From positions 37,386,001 to 37,450,000 of the forward strand of contig OZ241831.1 of assembly GCA_965202585.1 (NCBI GenBank): a stretch of 64,000 bases of DNA, given 5' to 3'. Below, one piece after another: positions 25,301-37,042 of the stretch (its first letter is position 1; each line of letters starts with the position of its first letter). The position numbers were made by a program, and so were the translations under genes. This stretch comes from Thalia democratica. Lineage: Eukaryota. The notes below the pieces were generated by a model, which was not told where the DNA came from, ran no database searches, and saw only the letters and a program-made list of their open reading frames with translations.

Positions 25301-27689
25301 AGTCTAACATTTTTTGTTTTTACAATTTTAAATGTATAAATTTTATACCGACCAACTGAAAATAAAACGTTGTTGAAAAAGTTTAAACATAACAAAACAA
25401 AGATAATTTATGTTAGTTAAGATGTAAGTTAAATCATTAGTAAGTTTATTAAAAACTTTGTTACAAACTTACCGAAGTCAAGTATTTTAAACGATTACAG
25501 TTAGTAATTTGAGCACCAGGTCCTAGGACCGAATATCTTAAGCGTCTTTTGTTTTTGTCGTTTAATTAACTATAAAACTATAAAAAAAACATCAATTACA
25601 GTTAGTAAAATTAATAAACCTTTCAACAAACCATTATTTAAAAATATGATAGGTTTTTCTTTTTTTTCTTTTTTTTTGTTAAAGTTTTTGTGAAGTTTTA
25701 TTATAAAAATCAAACAAAAGAATTATTTTAGAGTATGATAAAAGATATTATGTTTTTTTTACACTAGATGTTTTTTTAATCAATTCTCGTCATCCAAAAA
25801 AAAATCAAAAGATCTGCGTTAATAACAATTTAAAAATGTCTATAAAATATTTGTATAGTTAAAAAAGTTATGATTAAAACATTGACTATTATTAAAACTA
25901 AATAAACTAAATTTGATTAGAAACATAAAATCGTATTATGTCATTTTTACTAGTGTTTTATTAACAAAGTTCAAAAAGTCATAATTTAGGGAAATTATTT
26001 ACCGATTTGCCACAAGTAATTATATTCGGCCTTTTAACATATTCTTTAGCAGCTTTCTAACTTATTTAAAAATGATAAAACACTAAGTTATCTAACTAGT
26101 CGAGTTTTTTTGGCATCAAAATCAGTATACAAAATTACAAAAGACCAGTAATTCAATAACATTTTGTAGTTTTTAGTTAGCAAGGGTCAGGCTTTTTGGC
26201 GCAGATTAGTGATTAGATTAACACTTTGAGATAACTTTGTCTTTACGGGTATTTTTTTATTAAATAAACGGCAAATTTATGTGATTTTTATTGATGTTGA
26301 AACAGTTAAAAGGTTTCTTTGTATGTTGAGTAAATTTACTATGTTTTTTTTCCTGATAATTAAAATATATTAATGTTAACTTAAATATAATACTTTATTG
26401 ATATCGATTAAAAACATATTTACTTTGAAATTTTATATATTTTTATCAACAAATAGTGTTAAAGTAAGTAAAATATGAATATGTTTTTTTTATATACTAA
26501 TCTTATTATCTAGAGAAAAACTAACGTATATTTGTATTTGTTAAAGCATACGACAATTCTGAATGATTGAACAGTTATTTTCTAAATAAACAAAACTTAA
26601 ATAAAACAGCATATTATCAATATTGTATAAGGTATAAAATTTTAGTCAGTCTTTATCAAAAACAAATATTTTCATGCTTAAATTTTATTTTATTTTTCTA
26701 ATTTAAACATTTTTCTCTTTTCCGTTTCCAATTTTGTATGTATAAAATAGTTATAAAAAATTTATATAATATCTTACTAAGTTAATTATAAATCATTTGA
26801 AACCATTCTTCTTGGTATTTTAAGGTTTCCATTTCACGCCTTATATCTATTTGATTATTTCTGACAAATTTCGGGGGACATAGTCAATTTAATTTAAATC
26901 TAAAAATGTTTAAAAATTAAATTATTTTAAATTTTTAAGGCTTACACTTTTATTGTTTTTAATATGACAAATATTATGAATAATAAAGTTAACATATGCT
27001 TTTGATTATTAACTTTTGTTCTTTGAAGATAATTACAAATAATCAATGTTTTTTTTTGTAAAGACTTTTGGATTGACTTTTAATGTTTCGATTTTATTTT
27101 CTTAAATTTATAGTCTAATTACCTAATGTTTAAAATTCATAACTTTAACCTTAACTAAGTCTGTTTTAGATAAGTTATATTTAATATTTTTTGATAAAGA
27201 TAGTGAAAATCAAGAGCTTATGAAAGTTATATGATAAAAATATTTTAACTAAAAATAAAAAATTTATTATGTTATATGATATTTAAAGTTAGAGGAAAGG
27301 TATTGGATAAAAATGATCAAAGTTGTAGTAAAGTATTTTTTTCAGTAACTATGTTTTAATTCTAAACATCTCTAAACTTAAAATGTTAAAGGTTAATGAT
27401 AGATAGAAAATATTTGATAGTTTAAACAACGCACTATAGATTGGTTTCATTCAAAAGTTTTAAAATAAGTATTAAATAAATATTCTGGTTTAGCTAGACT
27501 TATAAGCATCAGATTTACTTTAAAATATATAAAAAATTAATAAAAAAAATTTATAAAACAATAATTCAGTGCTACACCAAGACTAAATTACAAAGAAACA
27601 TTAGCATAAACAAAAACAAAAATTAAATAATCAACAACATAATGTTAAAAGACATATAGAAACTATTTAACAATTTAAGCAAGTTACTT

Positions 27690-28260
27690 TAGATTGGTCT
27701 AAGTTCAACTATGCAAAGTTTTAATTTAAGTTTTGGTAAAGGTTAGTTAAGATCTTAATGCAAATAAAAGATTAAGGATTGGCGCCTGTTTTACATAATA
27801 TATAAAGATAAATAATTTCGTTTTTAATTTCAATTGAAAACTAAAAACGAAAATATTACAGGAAGATTGTCTTATAAAAAATAAGTTTTAACATTTAAAA
27901 TACTCAAAGGTTTTGAACATTAAATTTCAGTAATGATTAATTTACATCTATATACAACTAAAAGATTAAGAATTGGCGCCTGTGTTGCCAAATAAATAAA
28001 ATTAATTGATTAAATGTTTACTATAAACAGAAGATTCAAGTTGAATGGCAAAACGTTTAAAAGATTTAAAATAATTGTTATCAAGTTCACACATAGGCAG
28101 TAATAAATCAAAATATACCAAAGCGTGGCTAGATATTTTTATTTTTTTTAAAAATTTATTTTAGTTTAGACTATTTATCTTTTCATATTTAGTCATCGTT
28201 TGGTATGGTTTGTTGTTTTGTTCAAATTGTTTGACTATGTTTTGACTACTTTTTTATGTG
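27690..28260. other. Local inversion with partial duplication, private to unit A
   Basis: 27830-28130 matches the reverse complement of 48390-48710 and of ~14100-14420, while its flanks are colinear. A second inverted copy of the same module lies at ~27690-27810. Confidence 0.8.
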
Positions 28261-28294
28261 TTAAAACCTCGCAGAACTATAATATTTAACTAAA

Positions 28295-28361
28295 AATAAA
28301 AGTTTACATAAAAATAATAGACTTAGAGTCTAAGTCTATTATTTTTATGTAAACTTTTATT
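28295..28361. repeat. Perfect palindrome, 33-bp arms and 1-nt spacer
   Basis: aataaaagtttacataaaaataatagacttaga-g-tctaagtctattatttttatgtaaacttttatt. Not seen at the paralogous position in unit B (~49640). Confidence 0.9.
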
Positions 28362-31300
28362 ATTACTAAAAGTAGTTACTAAAAGAAACATTTATTTTAC
28401 AAATAAATCTTAAAAGTCATGTTCGACTTTCAGTGCATCTACTTCTGTATAATAGCTTGTGTTGAAAGATATTTAAACTTTTATCAAGTTATACAAAAAA
28501 CCAAGTCTCGTAAATTGTACGTAATTAATTCTTCACCAAATCAAATAGAATTATATATTTTTAATAAATGAGATGTATAATATTAAATATTAAATAAATG
28601 TATAAATATCAAATAAAATATTTTTGGAAATAGTTTTTTCTAGTTCTTTCTAATTCTAATACATACTCAAAAATTAAGTTTTTAAACCGAATATTGTAAA
28701 TGAACATATGTTTTCAAGTAAATACAGGCAGCATAAAACGGTGTTCTTTTAATCTATATTTTATTTACTAACAAAGTTTATCAATTGTCTAAAAGCTTAT
28801 TGAAACTAGGTAATACTTATGATATTTGACTACTTACAACTTTGTTTCTTAATTCTTATAAAATAAACTAATCAATGACATATGTTTCTCACAACTACTG
28901 AATAAACATTACAATAAGACCTTATTTCTTCTTGTTTGTTATTTTAAATCCTCCGAAGTGCCATATGTATTTTTCACAATAAATTTTTTTTTTACCAATA
29001 TAAAATCAATCCTCACTAGATAATACCATACACACTATATTATTATATACTCATAAATTATCACACTAGATAAATAATCTGTCTTTTGTTGTTTGTCTGT
29101 GTATGTTTTTTTTTTGAAATCTTATGTATGTTAGATTACGAAAACAAAAGAGTAATTTCAAATTGTTTGATTTTTATTTATTAATACTAAAACTAGTGAG
29201 ACTTGATGTAACACACTTGTCGAAATAGTTTTGGTTTTATCATTAAGAGCTTTAAAAAAACTTCATTTAACAATTTTTTCCGAAACATTTAGAATTAACT
29301 TAGGTTAGTGGTTCCTTTTTCACATTGTTTTACAGTTCTTTTAAGTTTAACTAACTTTACCTTTTTATAATTCTAATATGTTAATAAAAGCTAGTAGTTA
29401 AAAATAAGAAGACTGTAAAAAATATTTTTTTAAATATTATAATATACATAAATTATATTACTAAATGATATTACGAAATTATATATTTATGATATTACTA
29501 AATTTAGTAAAATAAGGTATGTGCATAAGTACCTTGAAAAAATTTTATTTATATGTCAAAACAATAAATAAAAATTGTTTATATTAGCTTAATAAAATTT
29601 GCATTTAAACAAATTTACTAAAATTTTAAATAAAAGTTTTTTTCAGGTTTTACCAACTTAATTTTCAAGTTTTCTAATTTTCTGTTTTTTTTTTACAACG
29701 TAGTAAATAACACTAAATAATAATAGATTTGTTTAAGTTAAATTTTGTTTTCCAACAATGTATTTTGAAAATTCACTAGTATGCGAAACTGTTTTTATTT
29801 TTAAAGCTTCAATGAGATTTATTTACTAAAAAAAAACCATAATCTTCTATTTCAACATTTTTTAGTAAATATTTTACGATAGTTTAACATATCTTAAGAT
29901 TTTTTTTCACTAGACTTTTATAAAGATATAAAATGATTATTTTTAAATTTAGCTAATAATTCTACACTTTACCAATTACAGTCTAAACAGATATAAATTA
30001 AAACTGATTGTACTTACTAAAAAAGTTTTGGCAATTCTATCGTTTCAAAAATTGGTTTCAAAATATGTATCCAAAAGCTGTCATCATATAATAAAACATA
30101 TATTCATCTTAAATCGTTTTAACTGTTAGTAAAATAAAACTTTAAACCTAAAATGAAAAAAAATTGTATAGTATTAGATTTTTTTGCTTTTAAACAAAAC
30201 GGTTTATAAATTCTCGTTTGTCCAAACATTTATTTAAATAAAAGCCACGAAGAGTTTTGATTTTAATTTTGAAAATCAGTTATAAATAATTAAGTTTTAA
30301 ATGTATTCTTTTTAAGATAGACAACTATAAAAAAAAGGTAATAAATCCGATTTAAGAAATATAATTTATGATATGTTTTGTTTTTACTTTAAGCTCATCA
30401 GTTAATAACATTTATCTTTAGGTGTATTTCAATACCATTTTTTAAAGACAAGGAATAAATAAGTTCTTTTTTCAATAGAAACTGCATAAATCAATCATAT
30501 TTACTCAAGATTGGCGCCATAATTATTTGCATAAGAAAACACTCCGTAAATAAATTATTTAAATCTTTTAACAAGTTAAAATTTTTATTAGGGTTATATA
30601 TAGCCTTTTAGAAAAAATACTGAAGCACTGTTTGACATTGAATTTTTATAAATAATTTAAAATTGAAATTTTTTGTAGTATTTTGAAGTTATTTAACATC
30701 GAGTAAAAATTTATATCAGAATATAAAGTATGAGCTAACTTACTATTGAACAAATAGAATTAAAACAAGTTTTAGAAACTTTAATTTTTCACGATTTATA
30801 AGTATTTAATATTATTTTAAAACTTTTATTATCTGGTTGTTTTAGAATTTAAACAAATAAAATGGTTAGTAAAAAAAAATCTAAATAAAAAAAAACGTAC
30901 TTTGTTTTTAAAGTTAAAAAGTAAATAAAACTAATTTTGGTTTAAAGCTTTATACATTGTTGTTATACTGTACTGAACATTCTTCTTTAATAATAGTAAA
31001 TTTATGTTATTTAACTTTAACATGAGTATTGCTTTTTCGATGTTAATAGTTAGTAGAAATTTTATTTTCAATTTAAAGTAAATAATGGACTAAACAAACT
31101 AAAAAACTTCTAAATTTTGATTTAACTTATTTTCGATGTTTATTGAAGTTTGGAAAAGTTTTATTGCTGTAAAAAATGTAAACTACTTTATCGACTATAA
31201 TTTAGTTGTCCAGCTTATACTAAGAATTTTAATTTGTACAACATGTGTACTATACTTGTATATAGTCATTCAAATTTCTATGTACACTAAATTGCTACAA

Positions 31301-33558
31301 CTTGTATGTAAATTAAAATAAACACTTTGAAATTTGTTTTATAAACTTATCAAACTTTACTAAACTACACTTCTAAATAAAAAAAAAGACACTTTGGTTA
31401 GATTTCTATGAAATAAGTATTTAGAATAATTTTAAATAACATAAATTATGTATTTTATATGTTTTAGTTTTTTGAAAACAAATGAAGAGATCTCAATTAC
31501 TAGAAGAGAAATATATATTTATTTTTTTATACAACTAAATTTGCCTAATAAAGTATTGAAAGAATATATATAAATAACGTATAGAAAAATGTAGCTTATG
31601 ATAATTTACTTATTTTAACTGTTTAGTTTTAATAGGTTACTATTACTAGTTTTGTAAGAACTAAAAACTGATATTTTTTATTTTGATGAAAACAACTAAA
31701 ATAAAGGACTATACTTATATTTTTTTTTTAGTTTGGTTAAAGTAGATTAGAGTTTAAGATGTTCTATAAAAGGCCATCAGTATTTGTTATTTTAAACAAA
31801 CACAAAAATCCTTTGATAATTGCATGCTACTTGCAAACGTATAAATATAAGAGTCAAGGTTCATTTGATATACTTTTAAGTATTTTATACAATTGAATAT
31901 GAATTAGTTTAAGTTCAAACAAAATATATACCTATACAAAAAGTTTTTTATCTAACTTTGAAAAAAAGTCATTTAGTATAAAATCAGTAAAATTCTTTCT
32001 TTTCACTGCAAAAAATTATAATATACTGTTTATCAAAAAATAAATGCTTTGTATTAGTTTTTATATGAAGATAAAAAAGTTTACTACTACTTTGATGTTG
32101 CTTAATTTAAAGTTAAAATATTTTTTACTCTTCTTTTAAAACTAGGAAGTTTTAATAAACTAACTGTGGTAGAAGTATTTGTATTCAAAATAAAAACAAA
32201 CTTTTTTTTTAAATTGCCTGAGTAGCTTTAACTTATAAATTTCCCTTTAACATCATAAAATAATGAAATCATCTGCAGTACTTTTATTTTTATGACATAT
32301 TGAATTTTTAGGAGTATTAATCTTTTATTTTCAAAAAAAAGTTTTTCTTAATCGTCTTAAATACAAAAATACAAATTATTTCTAATAAATTTCTATAAAA
32401 TTTTTAATTGTAATAAAGCATTACAAAGTAAAACAGTAAAGTTTCAAGTTATTTTAAAGCAAAACAGTTAGTAATACTCGTTAAGGTTACTGTTCTATAT
32501 AAACTTTCTGTACATTAAGTTATGTATTTTTTGTGTTTTCTAACTTAGTTTTCTTTTATCCTTCAACAAATAATTCATGTCATCAAAATTAAGTTGAAAT
32601 GAGTTTATTATTTTACAGCTATGGCTAACCAATGTACTAAGAGTTTATCTGAAACTAGTAAGAGAAGTATAAAACAAAGGTAGTCTAATATTTTACTTAC
32701 TATACATTGGCTACAACTTTTATAAACTTTAAATGTTTTAAGTTGTAAAATTTAACTAGAATTCACTTTAGGCTAAATAAATATTATGGTATACAATATG
32801 TGAAGGTAACAACAAAAGACATGTTTATTAAAACTGTATACAATAGCGACAAAAAACAATTATCAATAAAAGTGCAATAGAAACTTAAACCGACCATTAA
32901 ACAGCAGTTTACAAAATATTTAAATCTTAAACAAATAACTAAAACAAGAGTATAATTTTGTTAATGCAGCTAAATATCAAAATCAAGCAAGTTTTTTTGG
33001 ACTAAACTAGCAACTATATATTTAATAAAATTATTTAATTTGCAGCATCAATAATAAAAAATGTATGAAAAAAAAATGCAGCTGAAAATTATTTGCTTAT
33101 TTTTCTAAACTAAAGATGCAGCTTTTTATTAAAAAATTTACAAGTCTATAAATGCTTAACTACAACATCTTAAAAATATACAATGGCGACAAAGGAATTA
33201 AAAAGGTATTTAGAATGAAGTAAAAATTCTTGCTACCAACATAACTAAATAAAATGTGAACACAATTACAAAAAGCTTAAAAAACTTACTTTTTATAGTT
33301 TGCATAGTTACATACATGTATAAAGTTTTAATATCTTAAGTGTTAACATTTTTAAGCTTAAGAAAAAAAAAACAGTTCAAGGTTTCTTGGTAAAAAATTG
33401 AACATGTTATACTTTGACCGTCTAAGTAAGATGTTATGTTATAAAGAATAAATAAATTAAAACTTTTTTAGCATTTAGTAATAATTATCTTTTTAGCTTT
33501 TATATTGATACTTTTGCTTTACCCTATCTCGCTTTGTTTACTTTTGTCTCCATGTGTT

Positions 33559-33647
33559 TTATGATTGCTCCTCAACTAGATTTTGTTGAACTAAAATCTG
33601 TGATGGACTCTTTCCATTGTTGCTGTTAGATTCCAAAACAGTCAATC
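33559..33647 (-). CDS. Pax1/9: Pax1/9 copy A terminal exon (downstream of the premature stop)
   Basis: tattAG acceptor, phase 1, LTVLESNSNNGKSPSQILVQQNLVEEQS*. Conserved in copies B and C. Confidence 0.75.
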
Positions 33648-33833
33648 CTAATAGTAAATACATAAATAAGATTCTGTAGCTTTCTAAGGTTTTAAATATA
33701 CTTTGTTTATTAATGAATTAAAACCAAGTTTTATAAAATCTAACTTTTTTGTATAAAACTGACTTAATGTTGTTGTAACAAAAAGTTTCTATTTTTAATG
33801 TTAAGATACATTAAACAACTTTTTCAAACTAAC

Positions 33834-34137
33834 TCTGTTGGCAGTTCTGACTTTCATAAAAGTCGTAAGCAGACTCCATCGAATTGAACGATTGTACGGA
33901 TGAATGGGGACTCCTAGTGGCAGAAGTTTCCGGCAATCCCGGTTGAATTACGGGATACATATCAGTACTGTAATAAGCAGAACCGTACTGCTGCATCTGT
34001 GGGTGCTGGATGTAGCTGCTAGGTGGCGCAAGGGGTGGTTGGTGGTGAAAATTGTGAGCATCGTAAACTGATTGGTTGTAGCAGGAATTTGATGGCTGCA
34101 CTGAAGTAAAAGCTGATGATGCTTGAGTTGGCGACCC
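33834..34137 (-). CDS. Pax1/9: Pax1/9 copy A penultimate exon (Ser/Pro/Tyr/Gln-rich C-terminal region)
   Basis: ttttttacAG acceptor (phase 0), 304 nt open (GSPTQASSAF...ESQNCQQ), GTTAGT donor (phase 1). Confidence 0.8.
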
Positions 34138-34363
34138 CTGTAAAAAATAAATTAAGTTGTCTCAAAAAATTTGCTATGAGTATAAAACACACTGTTAAGA
34201 TAAAAAGAACTTAAATTGTTATAAGTAAGTACATTTGTTGTCTTCCATAAATATTGAATTGACAAGACAATTATTCTATTTTGATTTGCTGTAACTAGTA
34301 AAAATACTGTTACTACACTTTGTTAGAAAAATTATTTGAAATTAGTTGAGTAAATTTACACAC

Positions 34364-34548
34364 TTATTCGCCCGATGATTTTATAGGTGTCAACTGTTTA
34401 TTCACTGAAGATTTCGTGTTGGAACTACAAGATGTAAGATCTGGTGCAAGTCCGTAATAAGCTGTTTTCCATTCTTCCTCGATTTTCGGAGCAAAATATA
34501 ACGCGTTGTTCGGCTGGTGATTGTACCCGTTAAATGGTGTTGTGTATC
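34364..34548 (-). CDS. Pax1/9: Pax1/9 copy A exon ending in a premature TAA
   Basis: ttttttaAG acceptor, YTTPFNGYNHQPNNALYFAPKIEEEWKTAYYGLAPDL...KSSGE-TAA|GTGTGT. Copy B has AAA at this codon. Confidence 0.8.
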
Positions 34549-34914
34549 CTTAAAAAACAGTTACAATTATTTTCATACCGCTAACTCTTAAATTTGTACT
34601 GATTATCGTAATTTAATTTTTCACGAAATAAGTGTAGGAAAATTACAACACCGAAAAGTTAGTAAATAAGAATTTAACTGAACTTAAGTTGTAAAAGTAT
34701 TTCTGTACAAACTGCAGTTACGCTTAATGTTGAAATTTTAAATTAGTTTTAAAGTATTAGTTTCTTACTATTTTTAGCACAGATATATTGTTACTTTTTC
34801 TTAATTTGCTTGTGCAAAATAAAAATTAGAAGGCGTAGTATTTTTTTAATTTTCAACCTCATTATATATAACATTACTAATTGAGGTTATATTTGATTAT
34901 AAATTGGAACTAAC

Positions 34915-35592
34915 TAATTTGCGAGTTGAGTATTTCAGGTATCGAGTGAGTGTAGAACTGAGACTGACTCGAACTTTTCATCGTGGAAGAATGTGAAACG
35001 TTTTCGAATTTCTGCACAGAACTCTTCATCGACACCTGAGGAAAAATAAATCCTGAAGTGTCGTTTGCGCTGTACATCGAACTCGAGCTTTGATTGGTTG
35101 ATGGCTTAACATCAGTCTGATCGCATTTCTTCACTGCTTGCGGCGGGCTCTTTTTTGCTTTGTAATTAGGGTTGAGGGGGTTTTCGGGATGCAGCACATT
35201 GCCCACTTTGTTCCTCAAAATCCTGCTTATGGAGGAGACGGAGGGAACATTGAACTTGTCGCAAACCGTGTCGCTGAGCAACCGGTCCCTGATCTCCCAC
35301 GCGAATATGCCCGGGTCGCCCACCTTGTACTCTTTTATCTTTTCCACCACTTTCGGCGTGGTCACCCTCGGCTTGCTGCCCCCTATGGCGCCCGGCGCGA
35401 TGCTTCCGGTCTCGTTGAATCTGGCCAGGATCTTGCTGACGCAACCATGCGACACCCTCAGGTTTCGGCTGATGTCGCACGGTCGCACCCCCGTCTTGTG
35501 CAGTTCGATTATTTTCACTCGCATCTGGGTTGGCAGGGGTCGGCCGTTGACGAAAACTCCCCCCAATTGATTAACTTCCCCGTAGGAACTAC
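34915..35592 (-). CDS. Pax1/9: Pax1/9 (Pox-meso class) copy A: paired-domain and octapeptide exon
   Basis: [20 protein letters not shown]...[37 protein letters not shown] is a group I (Pax1/9/Poxm) paired domain. Octapeptide-like HSIPEILN, no homeodomain. tttcccAG acceptor, GTTAGT donor, phase 1-1. Confidence 0.95.
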
Positions 35593-35949
35593 CTGGGAAA
35601 TTAATAATAAATTACTTTTCAAACTTATGAAGAAAAAATTAAAAAGCAGGTTATACATATGACATAAGTTTACATTTGATAGGACTTTAGCTTTAAATTT
35701 TTTTTGTATTGTATAAACTAGTAGTATTTTATAAATTTATATACTTAAAATAGAAATAATTTTACTGAGTCGATTGCCTTAAGCCCCATTAAAGGTTTTA
35801 ATAATCTTTCGCAAATGTAAAGTTCAAAAGTAAAAGTAAATATGCTTTATTCAACTTAATTCTATAACTTTCAATTGTTTAGATTTTTAATTGATTAACC
35901 TTTGTACAGAAATTACACAAAATAAAAACATTATGAATTCATCATGATT

Positions 35950-36420
35950 TTTCGTCCAGAACGCCGTTAGTGCAAAAAATTTGTGTAATCGACAGTGAGG
36001 ATTTTAATTATCGTCGCCACCACACGCAACAAACACTTGTGTTGAAATTTTAATCCAATCAAGTATTTGAGGGAAGATTTTCGTCTACACACAGGTAAGT
36101 AGTTTGTCGAGTGATTTATAAGTATGACGTATAACTGCTGAAAATTTTACACGCTAAACATACACTAATGCTAGTAAGGGTCGTAATTGATAGCTTTTCT
36201 GTGTTTTTACCGACGCCTTTTAATTAATGATGTGAACAAAGCTACTTGTTTTTATTGCATAATTTTTACTGGAGTTGGCAGATAGCCGAAAATGAAAATT
36301 TTTTGTTTTTAAATGTTCATAAAAACCACCCTTAACAATGGCAGAGGTAATTAATCCGATTTGTACTTGTTTGCTTTAAGCTTTTGTTTCTTACCTACAT
36401 TGTTTTCTGTTTAATTTTTT
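35950..36420. promoter_or_regulatory. Conserved intronic or upstream block (paralog 58040-58510)
   Basis: Higher GC and higher A/B identity than its surroundings, including a ~69-bp identical run (36069-36137). No conserved ORF. Confidence 0.45.
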
Positions 36421-36855
36421 CTTATACGTTTTTTTTTTGTAAAGAACTTATATAGTTTGCATATGTTCAAATTTTAACAAAGTTCGTTTATGGTACTGTA
36501 CACTTAACAACTTCTTAAAACTAGAAAAGTTAGCTTGCATGATTAATGGAAAAAATAAAAACATATTTATTGCATATTCTAAAAATCTGATAAACTAAAG
36601 CTCACAATATGAATGTTTGATTTATTTTGGCCAAAACAAAAATATGCAGGGTATTCCATATAACGCAAGATCATTTTAATTTGCAGTTAAAAATTGAGAT
36701 AACAGCTCTCTTTGCGAGAGTTTTCAATACATAAAATTCTACTTAAAATTAATTTATAAAAAACTACAAAATTGTTTTGCACCTGCAAGTAGCTCATAAT
36801 ACCAGCAGTTTTTTTTTTTTTATTAACTCGACACTTTTCACGTTTTATAGATCAA

Positions 36856-37042
36856 AACTCATTAGTATTGCAAAAGACGGCCATTGTTATGAAATCATCC
36901 GAAACGAATTTTTTCTTACGTCACGAATTCAACCCCCATTGAACGATTTGTCTCCCCATTTTGTGCTTCTCAAATTCGTGCACCCCAGATTGAAAATAAT
37001 AGAAAACTTTTCAACACGTGAGTGTGAATAGAATTACCGAAA
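36856..37042. promoter_or_regulatory. Highly conserved non-coding element upstream of the paired exon (paralog ~58946-59131)
   Basis: 137 bp identical between A and B (36856-36992). Contains TTACGTCA, CGTCACG and CACGTG motifs. Confidence 0.55.

Noticed and set aside
35566-35575. TTG/GTG start codons used by the ORF track for Pax1/9
   Set aside because: The frame continues upstream (SSYGEVNQL) to a splice acceptor, so these are internal codons of a spliced gene.
35160-35580. Horizontal transfer or contamination as the cause of the GC-rich paired box
   Set aside because: It is in frame with AT-richer host-like sequence in the same exon, is bounded by canonical introns, and encodes an animal-specific domain.
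35138-35662. Antisense and alternative-frame ORFs over the paired box (174, 132 and 104 aa; also 57231-57663)
   Set aside because: Expected by-products of a GC3-rich coding exon. The 174-aa ORF is cut to 121 aa in copy B by a change that is silent for Pax1/9.
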